Below, in pieces: positions 23,601 to 35,104 of a DNA stretch of 52,510 nt. Each line of letters starts with the position of its first letter. The first letter of the stretch is position 1. This stretch comes from Saprolegnia diclina VS20. Its lineage: Eukaryota. The DNA lies in NCBI RefSeq assembly GCF_000281045.1, contig NW_008246073.1, positions 132,366-184,875 of the forward strand, written 5' to 3'. Under the pieces are notes generated by a model. The model was given only the letters and a program-made list of their open reading frames with translations, did no database searches and was not told where the DNA came from. A program made the position numbers and the translations under genes.

Positions 23601-26600
23601 CGGTGGTCCAGACCTTTGGCTCGGGCCACACACACTGCCTCGAGCGCAACCAACCCATGTTTGCAGAGACCGAGCGGCTCTTTGACTTTAGCGCCGTCTT
23701 GGTCGGCAAGAGCATCGTCGAACGGTTCAAAATCTCCAACCCGACCAAAGTGCTCGCAACCGTTCGGTTTGCCATCAAGGCGCCGACCGAGTCGAAAGAC
23801 GAGTCGGGACTGAGTATGTTTACGGTGCAGCCCACAGTGTGGGACATTCCGCCGCACGAACACCGGTACGTGAACGTCCACTTCAAGCCCACGAACATCA
23901 CGACGTACCATGCGCTCTTCTCTGCGGTCGTCGACGACGGCGCCGACCCGAGTACAAACGTCCTGCAATTTGACATGCGGGGCGAGGGCACGATGCCCTG
24001 CATCACGATCGAGAAGCCGACAACGCGCGAAGGCAACGTGCTGAGCCTTGCGTTTGGCAAGCAGCGCGTCGGGAAGGGCCGCGAGCTGCCCTTGGTTTTG
24101 CGCAACGACGGTCTCGTACCGTCGACAGTGCTCTTTTCGATGCCGTCGAGCACCAACTTTACGTTATTGGAAGCCGCGGCGACGACGAGCGGCCTACTTT
24201 TGCCGCCCAAGAAGACGCATACGATGTCGGTCCTCTTCAAGCCGATTAAAGCGCACGACGAGATGTGCAGCGTGCAGCTCAAGCTCAGCGTGCAATACAA
24301 TCCGTTCGAAGACACAATCATCAAGCTCAGCGGCCAAGGCTACAAGGAGCTCGTGACTTTGGACGGTCTCGTGGACGACGACCACATCGTGTTCAACGAC
24401 GTCGATATTGCAACGGCGACGACCGCGAATATGCGCTTTGGCTTGCGGAACCAGTCGTCGACGCACGTGGTTCGTTTTGCGTTTGGCGCGCACCCGCTGC
24501 TCAAGTTTGTACCGACGACCGGTCATTTGTATCCCGGCGCGCACGCGAGCATCCTTGCAACATTTGCGCCACCACCAGGCGTCGCAACGGTCCTTGACAA
24601 GGAAAAAATCCCAATCACACTCAGTCGCATCAAGCCGGCGGTCGACGCGCCGTGGGACGACACCATGTCGACACTTTCGTTTGTTGAGGCCGATGCGACG
24701 CCGTCCAACGCGACAGAGCCATCGTATGAAGCGCTCGACCCGCCGCTGCCACCGCTCACGGCGCTGGTGTTTGCGGTCGCCGACACGCTGCGCTACAGCT
24801 GCAAGACGACCGAGATTGCGTTCAAAAAGACGTTCATGTTTCAAGCGTGCACAACAAAGTTCAGCGTCAAAAACGAAAGCAAAGTGCGGTTGCCGTTCAC
24901 GTGGACGTGGAGCCAAGAGTTTCTGCAGCTCCCAGACGTGACGGCGTCGTCCATGGATACGCCGTGTCCGTTCAGCATCGAGCCCGACGCCGGCGAGATA
25001 AGCGCCGACGATACGCAGGACTTCCTCGTCCGGTTTGCGCCGATCGAGGTCGCCCACTACGTCTACCGGCTCGAGGGCCACCTCAAGAACGGTGACATTA
25101 TTCGCATTAGCGTGCGTGGCACGTCGCTTCGACCTGTTTGTCATGTCGACGTCGAGCCAAGCGACTATGCGCAGCGGCGGTCGTTGGCGATGGTCGGGCC
25201 GGGCGGCGAACTTGGGCCACTGGACCCGAGCGTCCGTGTTGTCGAGTTGGAGTCGCTCGGGATTCGTGTGCGAAACACGCGTCGCTTCTACGTCATCAAC
25301 CCGACCAACGTCTCGTATGAGTTTGCGTGGGTCCCCGAGGGCCCGCATGTGAACCCGGCCTTTCGCTGTGCGACGCCAAAAGGGCTTATGCTCTCGGGGA
25401 AGCGCTGCGAGATGGTCTTTGAGTTTACACCGACCCAGATGGAGCTGCAAGAGATGTTTTGGCGGCTCAAGATCGACCAGTTTGGCGTCGACCAACTCTT
25501 TTTGTTTGTGGGCACGACGACCGAGCCGCGCGTGCTCCTCGACCGGGGCAGCGTCAACTTTGCGACGCTCCTCCTCGGATCCAAGGCGTCGCAAACCATC
25601 TATTTGACCAACCAGGAGCATTTACCGTTCAACTTTGCGTTTGAAAAAGTCCACTTTGTCGGCGAAAAGCCCGTGCTACTCCTGACGCCGCTCTCGGGTG
25701 TCGTGCCGCCCCACGGCCGGACAGCGATTGACGTCGAGTTTGCACCGAACGAAGAAAAGCTGTACAACTTCAACCTCGGCTGCACGATCAAACGCAAGCC
25801 GTCGCGGCTCTCGCTCAACGTCAAAGGCGAGGGGTATGCGATCCACGACCACGTCATCGTGCACGACGACACTGCCGGCGGCATGCTCGACGCGATCGAG
25901 CCGTCGTCGTCGACACCGATCGACTTTGGCACGGTCCGCGTGCACGAGAAAGCGCGGCGCAGTATCGTGCTCTCGAACGCCGGCAAGTTCAACTTTGAGT
26001 TTACCTTTGCGTGGGCATCCGCCAAGCATCCGATGCTGACGCTCGAGCCGAGCAATGGGACGGTCCGAAAGAACGACAAGGTGGTCTGCCACCTCACGTT
26101 TGCACCCACAAAAGAGACGTCGCTCGACGGCCAGCGCATCGTGTGCACCACCGCGGGCTCGCGCGAGTATGCGTTCCCGATCCATGGCAACGCGGTGCCG
26201 CCGGCCGTCGATTTTTCGTTCACGGCGCACGACTTTGGCCCGTGCTTTATCGCCGAGCCGGACGCGGCGCCGATGGTGGAAACCATGACGCTGCGCATCA
26301 CGAATATGGACCACGAGATGGACATCAGTGTCGACTGCAGCTACGAGAAGCGGCCGTTCTTGCACGTCACCGTCCAACCCACGGTGCTCGGGCCCCACGA
26401 GACGCTCGACGTGCCGATTACGTTTACGGCGCGGCACGAAGGGCCGTACGAAGAGGTGGTGCCGTTTACGATCAACGGCAACACGACCATCAATGTCGTG
26501 CTGAGTGGCGAAGGCATTTACCCAAAGATCGAGCTCGCCATGGCGGCGTCCGTGGTTCATTTTGGGACGCTCCAGATCGGGCAGAGCGTGAGCCGCATCG

Positions 26601-28666
26601 TCAAGCTCGTCAACCGTGCGAAGCGCAAGACGCCGTTGGCATTGCTTGCGAGCCACATGCACGACATTGGCCTGAGTATCTTTCCGCAAACCGGCATCTG
26701 GATCAAGCCGCGCGAGACGCTCGATGTCGAGCTGCGGTTTTCGCCGCCGCGGCGCGTGACGCCGTTCGAAGAAGAGCTGTGTGTGGACGTATGCGGCACG
26801 AAGAAGAAGCTCGTGACGCTCACGGGGGCGTGCCAGGGCATGGACGTGCAGTTTGAGACGGAGAACCTCAGTTTTGGCCCCGTCGTGCTCGGGTCGCAGC
26901 TCGTGCGGCGGCTCTTGCTGCAAAACCGAGGCGACCTTGTGGCCAAGTTTCAATGGGATTTGAAGCGGCTTGGACCCGACTTTAGCATAGCGCCAAGCGA
27001 AGGCGTCGTGCTGCCAAACCAAGACAAGTCGTTTGAGATCACGTTCCGGCCGCTCAAGATCAACGACGACATTCGGCTCGAGAAAATTTTGTGCGGCATC
27101 GAGGGCGGCGACTTTCTGACCATGACGTTCACGGGCGCGTGCGTTGGCCAGCTCGAGACGTCGATCAAGGAGCTCGTGTTTGAGTCGCGTGTCCGGCGCG
27201 AAGTCGCCAAGGAAATCTCGATTGAGAACAAGACGGGCAGTCCGTGGAACTTGATCCCGATGGTGCAGGGCGAGCACTGGCGCTGCGCCGAGAACGTGGC
27301 CGTGCCCGCGAATGGAAAAGCCGTCATGCAGCTCTACTACATGCCGTTGAGCATGACCCAAGCGGGCGAGACCGCCGGCTACGACCGCCCCAAAGCGCAC
27401 AAGGGCTCGCTCTTCCTCGCGATTCCGGATGGGAGCGCGATCTCGTACAACTTGGTCGGCACCGCGGTCGAGCCAGATGCGCTCGACACGTTGAGCTTCA
27501 AGACGCCGGCAAAAGCATCCTTGCCGATCAAGTTGCCACTGGTCAATTGGCTCAAGAAGAGCGCCCAAGTGTTCCACGTCACGATTGAAAACGTGACGCA
27601 GTGCGCGTCGACGTTCGTCCAGGGCGCCGACACGATCACGGTTCCCCCAAATGCGACGCGCGAGTATGGGCTCAAAGCCTTTGCGTACCTTGAAGGCATA
27701 AACGAGCTCAAGGTATCGTTCACCAACAACGAGAGCGGCGAGTATGTCTTCTACGACGTGCGCATCGACGTCACGCCGCCCGTGATCGTCGAGACACTCT
27801 CATTCCACGCGCCCGTGCGCCAGAGCATCAAGAAGCTCATTACGATCGAGAACCCGTTCCCGCCGTCGCGCAGCATCCAGTTTGACGACAAGAGCTTCTG
27901 GAGCTGCTCGTCACCGAGTGTCCGTGTTCGGCGCGTCGGTGAAATGACCGGCCGGTCCGAAGGCTCGTTCGAGGTCGAGTACCGGCCACTCCTGCACACG
28001 GTCGAGGCGATCGAGGCGACGCTCACACTGCGGAGTCCGCAGCTCGGCGAGTACCCGTACAAGTTGTCTTTGGCCACGTCGCCGGCAGGCATCGAGAAGA
28101 TCCTGCACTTTACGGTGCCCTTGGGCGGCAGTCAGACGCAAGCGTTCCGCTTCAGTACGTATGCGTCCAAGCCCATCGACTTCAAGTGCAGTGTGCAGCA
28201 GCCAACGTTCTTCAACGTCGCGCCCTTGCTCAAGACCGATGTCACAACCTGGGATGGCACCGAACAGACCGTGGTCGTCAAGTTTGAACCCGAAGCGCTC
28301 GGTGACATTCGCGATACGCTGGTCGTCGCGTCGGACGCCGGCGGCGAGTACAATTGCACGCTCCTCGGGCAGTCGGTCCCGCCGGTACCCCAGGGCCCGT
28401 TTGTGTTTGGGACGACCCAGGACGTTGAGTTCAAGAACGTCTTCAACGCCCCGCGCGAGTTTGCCTTTGCGATCGACGGCGCCGGGTTTTCCGTCAACAC
28501 TGCGACCGTCACGATCGCTGCCAAGTCGGCCAAGGTCGTGACGGTCAAGAACACGGACACGAGCGCGCGCGCGACGCCAGTGACGGGCAAGCTCCTCGTG
28601 ACGTGTCCGAGCCTGCCCGAGCTGCCGCCGTGGGTCTTCTACCTCGAGGGCGAAAGCCGGGGCTGA
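14633..28666 (+). CDS. HYDIN: Hydrocephalus-inducing protein (axonemal central-pair C2b component), ~4,650 aa
   Basis: 4592-aa ORF of tandem ASH/PapD-like Ig repeats (recurrent 'lDFG.v' and 'F.l.P..G.l.P' motifs) with a central P-loop GPPLCGKT. N-terminal exon RPSQLLHEL...PRIIE (14760-14837) splices to FMNLEDHTSQ...LFEPTP, resembling the HYDIN N-terminus. The start at 14633 is inferred. Confidence 0.95.
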
Positions 28667-28751
28667 AGGATTTATATATGTACATAAACCATTAGGAATC
28701 AAAAGTCTATTAGAGTATATCGTCGCTGTATATAGTTGTATATCGGGAGGT

Positions 28752-29287
28752 TTATCGGTCGTGCTTGGAGACGAAGAGGACCCCGTTCTTGAACCGGCCT
28801 TGGGTCGCCATCGTGCCAGCGTCGCCGCGCTTCTTGGACACCTTGGCGGTCGTCTTCTTCTTGCCCGTGACGATGCCGGACGCCTTGACGAGCTCGGCGT
28901 GCTTTTCTTCCCGCTTCTTCGCCGCCTTGCGCATGGCCATGAGCTGGTCGTACGGCCGCTTCTGCTGCTTGGGCGCTTTCCCGCCCAGTGTCACGATGCG
29001 CTCGATCTCGAGCTTCTTGCGCTCCTTGCCCGTTGCATGCGTCACGCCTACCCGAGCATGAGTGTCTACGTACGATGGACGACGGAGGGCGCACCAAAGC
29101 TCTTGACCGAGTCCAAGGTCTCGCGGAACTGCTTGGCGACCTCTTCGGCGCGGCTTAGCGGCTCGTTGGCGCCGGCCTTGCGCGGGCGGCCATCGTCGTG
29201 GCGCGGTCGGCGGACGTCGGTCACGGGGCACTCGAACACCTGGACGACCCGGGGCTTCCCATCCGACTTCTTGAACGCGGGCAGCAT
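28752..29287 (-). CDS. Basic C1orf131/DUF4602 (Faf1-like) small-subunit processome factor
   Basis: Two exons: MLPAFKKSDG...ETLDSVKSFG / VTHATGKERKKLEIERIVTLGGKAPKQQKRPYDQLMAMRK...GRFKNGVLFVSK. The LGGKxPK and GRFKxGVL motifs are typical of this family. Confidence 0.75.
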
Positions 29288-29385
29288 CGGCAAGCTTGCT
29301 GTTTGACTGGATCCAATACGCGGCCACTCGTTGCAGGCCCCCTCCCTGTTTTTAGGAGGGGTGGGGGTCCCCCTTTAAAAAATCG

Positions 29386-30092
29386 ATGCAAACGATGGAA
29401 TTCGACCAATCAGACACCGCTTCTATTTTTAGCGAAAAGGCGATTGCCGGCAGTATTTTGACGACCATGCCAGCGACGCCCGCTCGCCACGCAGTCGTCC
29501 ATGCTGCAGACCCTAGAGCATGTAATGAACATGGCGTGCGTAGGACGCTCGGTGCATGCGCGACCCAATGCCAGCGAACGCGACGCCCGAAGATGGGGCC
29601 AACGACGAGGTACGATTGTCCGCGCCGGCTGTGGGTACGACCATCGGTCGTAGACCGCCTCGATCGCCTCGTCGCGGCGCTCGTCAGCGTCATCGATCAA
29701 GTCGGCGTCGTCGTACCGCTCAAGCGCTAGCACTAGCTCGTCCATGTCCAAGCGCACGACGTCGTCCTCGATTTCGCGGAGCTCCCTTTCCACGGGTACG
29801 CGCTGGCGTAGCTGGATGCAGCGCTTGTCCAGCCTCAGAATTGCTCTGACGTACGTGTATCTAGTGGCGTCGATCCACGAGCTCGAAGCCCGCAAGCTCG
29901 ACATTGAAGCGCAGTTGCAGGAGGTGGAGGCCGCGTTGAAGCTCAAGGCCGACAAAACCAAAGGTGTCTACAAGGTATGTACGCGACTAGGTAACTACTG
30001 TCCATTTAGTCCTTCGTTTTGGCTAGCCCAACCGACCATTCGCGCTCCTGCCGCGGTCGGCGTCGGGCTCGCTCCGATCGACGCACCGATGA
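29386..30092 (+). CDS. Small Ser-rich coiled-coil hypothetical protein (multi-exon)
   Basis: Phase-consistent GT-AG splicing gives MQTMEFDQSDTAS...HAV/DARCMRDP...NDE/TASIASSRRSS...T/VASIHELEARKLDIEAQLQEVEAALKLK...K/PNRPFALL...HR*. Both ends are uncertain. Confidence 0.5.
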
Positions 30093-30186
30093 ACGCCCAC
30101 GACTCTGCCACGAAATCCGGATAACAGTGACAAATTACGGAAATTCTCGCAGTGAGTAAGAATAGCGGCATTCGTTGGCGGGCAGC

Positions 30187-31521
30187 ATGGGGCGGAAGAA
30201 GGCGGCCGCGGCCGCGGACGTGGTCAAGGCCAAGAAGCAGCACTTCGCCGAGAAGGCCAAGAAGAAGGAGAAGCTGGACAAGCTGCGCCGGCAGCCCAAG
30301 CCGGCGAAGCGCTTCCACAAGGTCGCGGCCGAGCCCGAGCCATTGACCGTGCACGAAGCCTCCGACATGGAGAGCGAGGAAGACGAGGCGCTCGACGACC
30401 CGGCGTACATCTCGCTCCGTGACTCGCCGATCAAGGCGTCAGCAGCAACGACGACCGAGACAGCGACCAAGGCGCCGTGGATGCGCGGGCGCACCAAGTA
30501 CACCAATAAGAATGTCTTTCTGCAGCTGCACGAAGAGATCCTCGAGTTTGTCTCGTTCTTGAGCCCGACCCAAGACGAGATTGCGCTGCGCAAGGAGGCC
30601 ATCGAAGACATTCGGACCATCATCGCCGACCTCTGGGACGGCGCGACGATCGAGGCCTTTGGCTCGCACGTGACCGAGATGTACCTTCCGACGAGCGACA
30701 TCGACTTGATCGTGCACGACGCGCCCACAGGCAAGCAAGCGCTGTGGTCGCTCGCGCAGCGGCTCGAGGACCTCGGCGTCGTGAGCTTCATCGAGGTCAT
30801 CGACTCGGCGCGCATCCCGATCGTCAAGATCGTGCACGCCAAGACCAACGTGCACATGGATTTTTCGTTTACGACGACGTCCGGTCTCTCAACCGCCGAC
30901 CTCGTCATGATGTACATGCGCAAGTACCCTTCGTTTCGGCCGCTTGTCATTGTGCTCAAGTACTTTCTCCTCCAGCGCGGCCTCAACGAGACGTTCAAAG
31001 GCGGCATTGGCTCGTTCCTCCTCCAGCTCCTGGTCGTGAGCTTCCTCCAGCAGTATGCGCGCAACCACACCAAGAGCGCCGACCACCTCAACCTCGGCGT
31101 GCTCCTCGTCGAGTTCTTTGAGCTCTACGGGTCGTCCCTCAACCCGTCCAACGTTGGGCTCAGCGTCCGCAATGGTGGCTCGTACTTTATGAAGGAAGAG
31201 CGCGATTGGCGTGACGCGAGTCGGCCGTTCTTGCTCTGCGTCGAGAACCCGCACGACCCGAGCCACGACGTCGCCGCCAACTCGTGGGACATCCGCAAGG
31301 TCTTCCGCACGTTTGCCCATGCGGCCAAGTCACTCCAAGCCGAGATCTGCCTCCGGGGCAAGAAGCACGGTGCGACCGGCAGCATTCTCGCGCGCGCGAT
31401 TGCCATTGACGGCTTCCTCCACGACCGCGACGGGCCGTCCACGTTTGGCTTTGACGTTGTCCGGAACGACCCCGCCGAAATGGCGATGCTCCAGAAACGG
31501 TACGCGAGCCGGCCTGAATAA
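30187..31521 (+). CDS. TRF4: Non-canonical poly(A) polymerase TRF4/PAPD5 (TENT4), intronless
   Basis: LHEEILEFVSFLSPT, FGSHVTEMYLPTSDIDL (nucleotidyltransferase motif), ARIPIVK, KYFLLQRGLNETFKGGIGSF, NLGVLLVEFFELYG, LCVENPHDPSHDV. Confidence 0.93.
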   Translation: MGRKKAAAAADVVKAKKQHFAEKAKKKEKLDKLRRQPKPAKRFHKVAAEPEPLTVHEASDMESEEDEALDDPAYISLRDSPIKASAATTTETATKAPWMRGRTKYTNKNVFLQLHEEILEFVSFLSPTQDEIALRKEAIEDIRTIIADLWDGATIEAFGSHVTEMYLPTSDIDLIVHDAPTGKQALWSLAQRLEDLGVVSFIEVIDSARIPIVKIVHAKTNVHMDFSFTTTSGLSTADLVMMYMRKYPSFRPLVIVLKYFLLQRGLNETFKGGIGSFLLQLLVVSFLQQYARNHTKSADHLNLGVLLVEFFELYGSSLNPSNVGLSVRNGGSYFMKEERDWRDASRPFLLCVENPHDPSHDVAANSWDIRKVFRTFAHAAKSLQAEICLRGKKHGATGSILARAIAIDGFLHDRDGPSTFGFDVVRNDPAEMAMLQKRYASRPE

Positions 31522-31600
31522 AGTTAGGAGACTGTACTATGCATTCTCTTTGATAAGACAATATTGAAGACGCTTATTATATCCTATCACGTGTATGTCT

Positions 31601-33519
31601 CTACCACATGAAGCGCGCGATCGAGCCATCGACCCAATTGAACGGGCGGTATATGAAGACGTACATCGTAACCGCGTTGATGGCCAAAAAGACCGCCGAC
31701 GTCAAGAGTACCGGGATGAGCGGTTGCTAGACGTCCATGAGCATCAAATGGAGACCAAATGGAGACGAACCTTGGGCGAATGGAGGTGGAGAAGCGTGTA
31801 CGGAACAAGGAAATAGCGCGGCTCGACGAGCGGCGACGGCACGAGGGCGAGGGCGGTCGCGACGCCAAAGACCACGAGCCACAGCAACGTCGTCGCTTTG
31901 CGGAGCTCCTTCCAGAGAAACCACGCAGCGTAAATGTACAGCGGGAGGGGCACAAACTTGGCGAGCGCGTGCTTGAGGTACAAGCGCTGCCAGAGGTAAA
32001 ACGTGTAGTGGCGGTTGTCGGCGAGCAAGAAAGGGTGTGTCAAGCTACAAACTTGGTGTCCCCACCGGCACGACAGCAGAGGATTCTTCTACCTGAAGCG
32101 GTCGATCGCAAACAGAAGCGCAACGACAACGGCGATCGACGTCAGAAACGATCGAACACTCGACGTTAGCGCATGGCCCACGTCGCGGAAGAAGGTCTCG
32201 AGGCGCACTAGCACCATGGTGATGCAAATGTCCCGAGGCCAGGGTTACCTGGAAAGAGGCAGACGAGGCCAAAGCCCATGGTGGCAATTGTCATAAAGTA
32301 CAGCAGCTGCGCCAAATGCAAGCCCGCCACGTGGTTGGCCGTGTCGCCTACGAAGCCAATGGTTGCTTGGTCGGACGTGTCGGGTTCATACCCACGGTGA
32401 TGGCGCCGTTGACGGCGAGGAACGCGCCAAAGGCGACAACGATCGAGATGGTCGCCCAGTAGCGCTTGGTGAGGAGGACCGAATCCTTGAGCAGGAACGT
32501 CAAGAACTTGAGGAGCACGATGCCGAGGCTACGTATAATGGCAGTGCGCCTTAGGTGCAGCATTCAACCATGGGACGTACTGGGAGCTCGACTCGGCGCC
32601 GCTCGGACAGGCATACCTACGTACATGCATGGAGAGATGTCGTGTTGCATGGACGTACAAGTGTGTTTCATGCGTCGTCTCAATGTCCTGTACAATGGCC
32701 GTGCCAAGGATGAAGAGCACCCAGAGAATGTTGGTTTGGCGCACCGCGACTGCGAGGTACCCACACTAGCATTTCGCGGTGCATAAACCCCTTGTACGAG
32801 CAAACGAGAATGGCGTACGAGCACGCTGGCCAAGTACGTGGTCGTGCAGCTCCCGGACCGAAGGCGCTGGCGCTGGCTCACGCGCGAGAGGAGGTACATG
32901 AGCAGCACAAAGAAGAGCCCGGCCACGTCCGTGTAGTAGAGAAAGCTGAAAAAGACGTTGATCGGGAAGAACGCAATCATGAGGCCGTGCGCGATCGCGT
33001 GCGACCGCTCGTGCGCCGTGTACTACGCGAGACGGTCTAGATGGGATGCAAGCATCGGAGTTACCTCTTTCATTTGGCGCAAGAGCACAATGAGGTAGAC
33101 GTTGCCGATCGCGAAGAGGAGGTTCAAGCATCGCAGCACCGTCGTCGAGCAGTAGGCAATGCGCACCGAGACGGAAAACGTCTGCACGAAATGGACCGCG
33201 TTGGAAAACGCGACGCCCGCCACGTAGAGCCCGGGAAAGGTCGTAATTTTCGGATCCCATGTGTCTAGCACTAGCATGAGAGGCGGCGACGCGCGGGGCG
33301 GCGGCGAAGCCAGTATGCTCATACCCCAATGGCCCATGCAGTACTGCTGCGTCTGGGGCACATGGAAGATCTCGTCCTACGCGCCTGCGCTTAGCGGCGA
33401 ACGATTGCATGTAGCTGTACCATGTAGGCTTGCGGCGCATGCACGTGGAAGAGGTAGGCGATCGCTGCGTACGAGGCGCCGACGACCGCGGTCGCGCCGA
33501 GCGCGCTCGACGACGTCAT
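31601..33519 (-). CDS. ALG10: Dol-P-Glc:Glc2Man9GlcNAc2-PP-Dol alpha-1,2-glucosyltransferase
   Basis: YM/DEIFHVPQTQQYC, WDPKITTFPGLY, FFSFLYYTD, RQTNILW, HPFLLADNRHYTFYLW, LVEPRYF, C-terminal RFMW* (TAG 31601-31603); multi-exon. Confidence 0.94.
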
Positions 33520-33889
33520 CTCAAAAATGGGCCCCCGGATACTCGATTTCCGTATCCGGAAGATCTGTTGTCTATTCCAACATTCCTTAAGCGGCGCCAC
33601 GGTAGCGGCCCCAAGGAATGGCTGGCTGCATGTATTGCCCCGCCACTTCGGTTAGCAATCTGCTTTAGCGCTTGACATTCGGTAATGCGCGTGCTTCGGA
33701 TGCGGTGTGGTCGCTATGAGGGCAAATGCCTTAAGAAACCCTCCAAATTGGGTGGTTTTAGCTGGCTACTGCGCCCACAGTACTCGGGCGCGTGTCACCG
33801 CGTGCACCACTCTTGCACGTCAACCGCCGAGTGTCTCTGCAGTGCTACTACAATCGATGATGCACGGTCTCTATCTCGATTCACCGTCC

Positions 33890-34765
33890 TTAACCGCTGG
33901 TGCTGAGCGTCAAGGATGGAGGCGGCTTGTACAGCACTCGCCGCAGGTACAGGCCGTGGGCAGGGGCCATCGCCGGCGCCGCCGACCGATCTTTGGCGGC
34001 CAAGAGACGCGGAATGTCCTCTGGCTGCAGCTTGTGCATACCGACGTCAACGAGCGCGCCGACGATGTTGCGCACCATGTGGTACAGGAAGGACGACGCC
34101 GATGCCTTGACGTGCAACAGCGTAATCGCATCGTTCTCGTGGAGCTCGTTCCCGCCGTGCGAAGGAATCGTCTCGATACCGAGCGTCGAGAGCGTTCGAA
34201 TTGGCGAGAGCGCTTGGCATCGCGCGCCGCGGAAGCTCGTAAAGTCGTGCTCGCCGAGAAAATGGGTGCACGCGGCGGCCATGGCCGCTTGATCCAGCGG
34301 CCGCTCGACGTGCCACGAGAGGTCGCGCGTGAAGAGTGACGAGGGCAGGCGACCTGGCAGCGCATATCGGAACTCGGTGTTGGGCATGTGGATCTGGTAA
34401 ATGTAGTCGCGACCGATTGCTTCAAAGCGAGAGTGGAAGTCGTTGGCGACAACGTCGACGTCGCGGACCACGATGGCCTGGTTGCGCTGGCGCAAGAACG
34501 CGTTCATGGCGTTGCGCACGACGTGCGGCGGGTGCGGCTCTGCGCGGTGCAGATCGACGTGCGCTGTGTTGGCCACTGCGTGGACGCCGGCGTCCGTGCG
34601 GCTCGAGACAACGACGCGCGAGAGGCGATCGTGCGAGCCCATGAGCAGCGCCAGCGCCTTCTCGAGCTCGACCTGCACCGTGGGCCCGCAGGCTTCGGGC
34701 TGCGCTTGGAAGCCACGGTACGCGCTGCCGAGGTACTCGACTGTGAGCTTGTACCGCTGCAGCAT
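33890..34765 (-). CDS. tRNA pseudouridine synthase A family (TruA/PUSL1-like), intronless
   Basis: RYKLTVEYLGSAYRGFQ, SSRTDAGVHA (catalytic Asp), FHSRF, GEHDFTSFR, SFLYHMVRNIVG, APAHGLYL. Confidence 0.93.
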   Translation of the reverse strand: MLQRYKLTVEYLGSAYRGFQAQPEACGPTVQVELEKALALLMGSHDRLSRVVVSSRTDAGVHAVANTAHVDLHRAEPHPPHVVRNAMNAFLRQRNQAIVVRDVDVVANDFHSRFEAIGRDYIYQIHMPNTEFRYALPGRLPSSLFTRDLSWHVERPLDQAAMAAACTHFLGEHDFTSFRGARCQALSPIRTLSTLGIETIPSHGGNELHENDAITLLHVKASASSFLYHMVRNIVGALVDVGMHKLQPEDIPRLLAAKDRSAAPAMAPAHGLYLRRVLYKPPPSLTLSTSG

Positions 34766-35104
34766 GCGTCGGCGCGAATCAATCTCCGATTTCAAAACAC
34801 ACTATATGCATTTCCTTACACTATATACACGGTATTCGTGTTTCCAGTATTGTCGCCAATGCAAGTGGAGCGCAGGACGAAGCAAGGATCTGTTGCTACA
34901 ATGCACTTGCACGTATGCAGTGGTCGTATCCGAGGCAGTCATCTGGCTTGCATGGGTGAAGTACCATTCACATACGTGATGTCGAAGTACACTATATCCG
35001 TTGCTTGGACCTTTATAATTAAATACTCGAAGGTATCAACAAGAAGAGGTTGGATCCAAAAACATTCCACAGCAGAAGAAGATAGGTCGCAGGTACCGAC
35101 CGCC

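Noticed and set aside
31744..31766. Direct repeat CAAATGGAGAC x2
   Set aside because: Small slippage duplication within an ALG10 intron; no evident significance.
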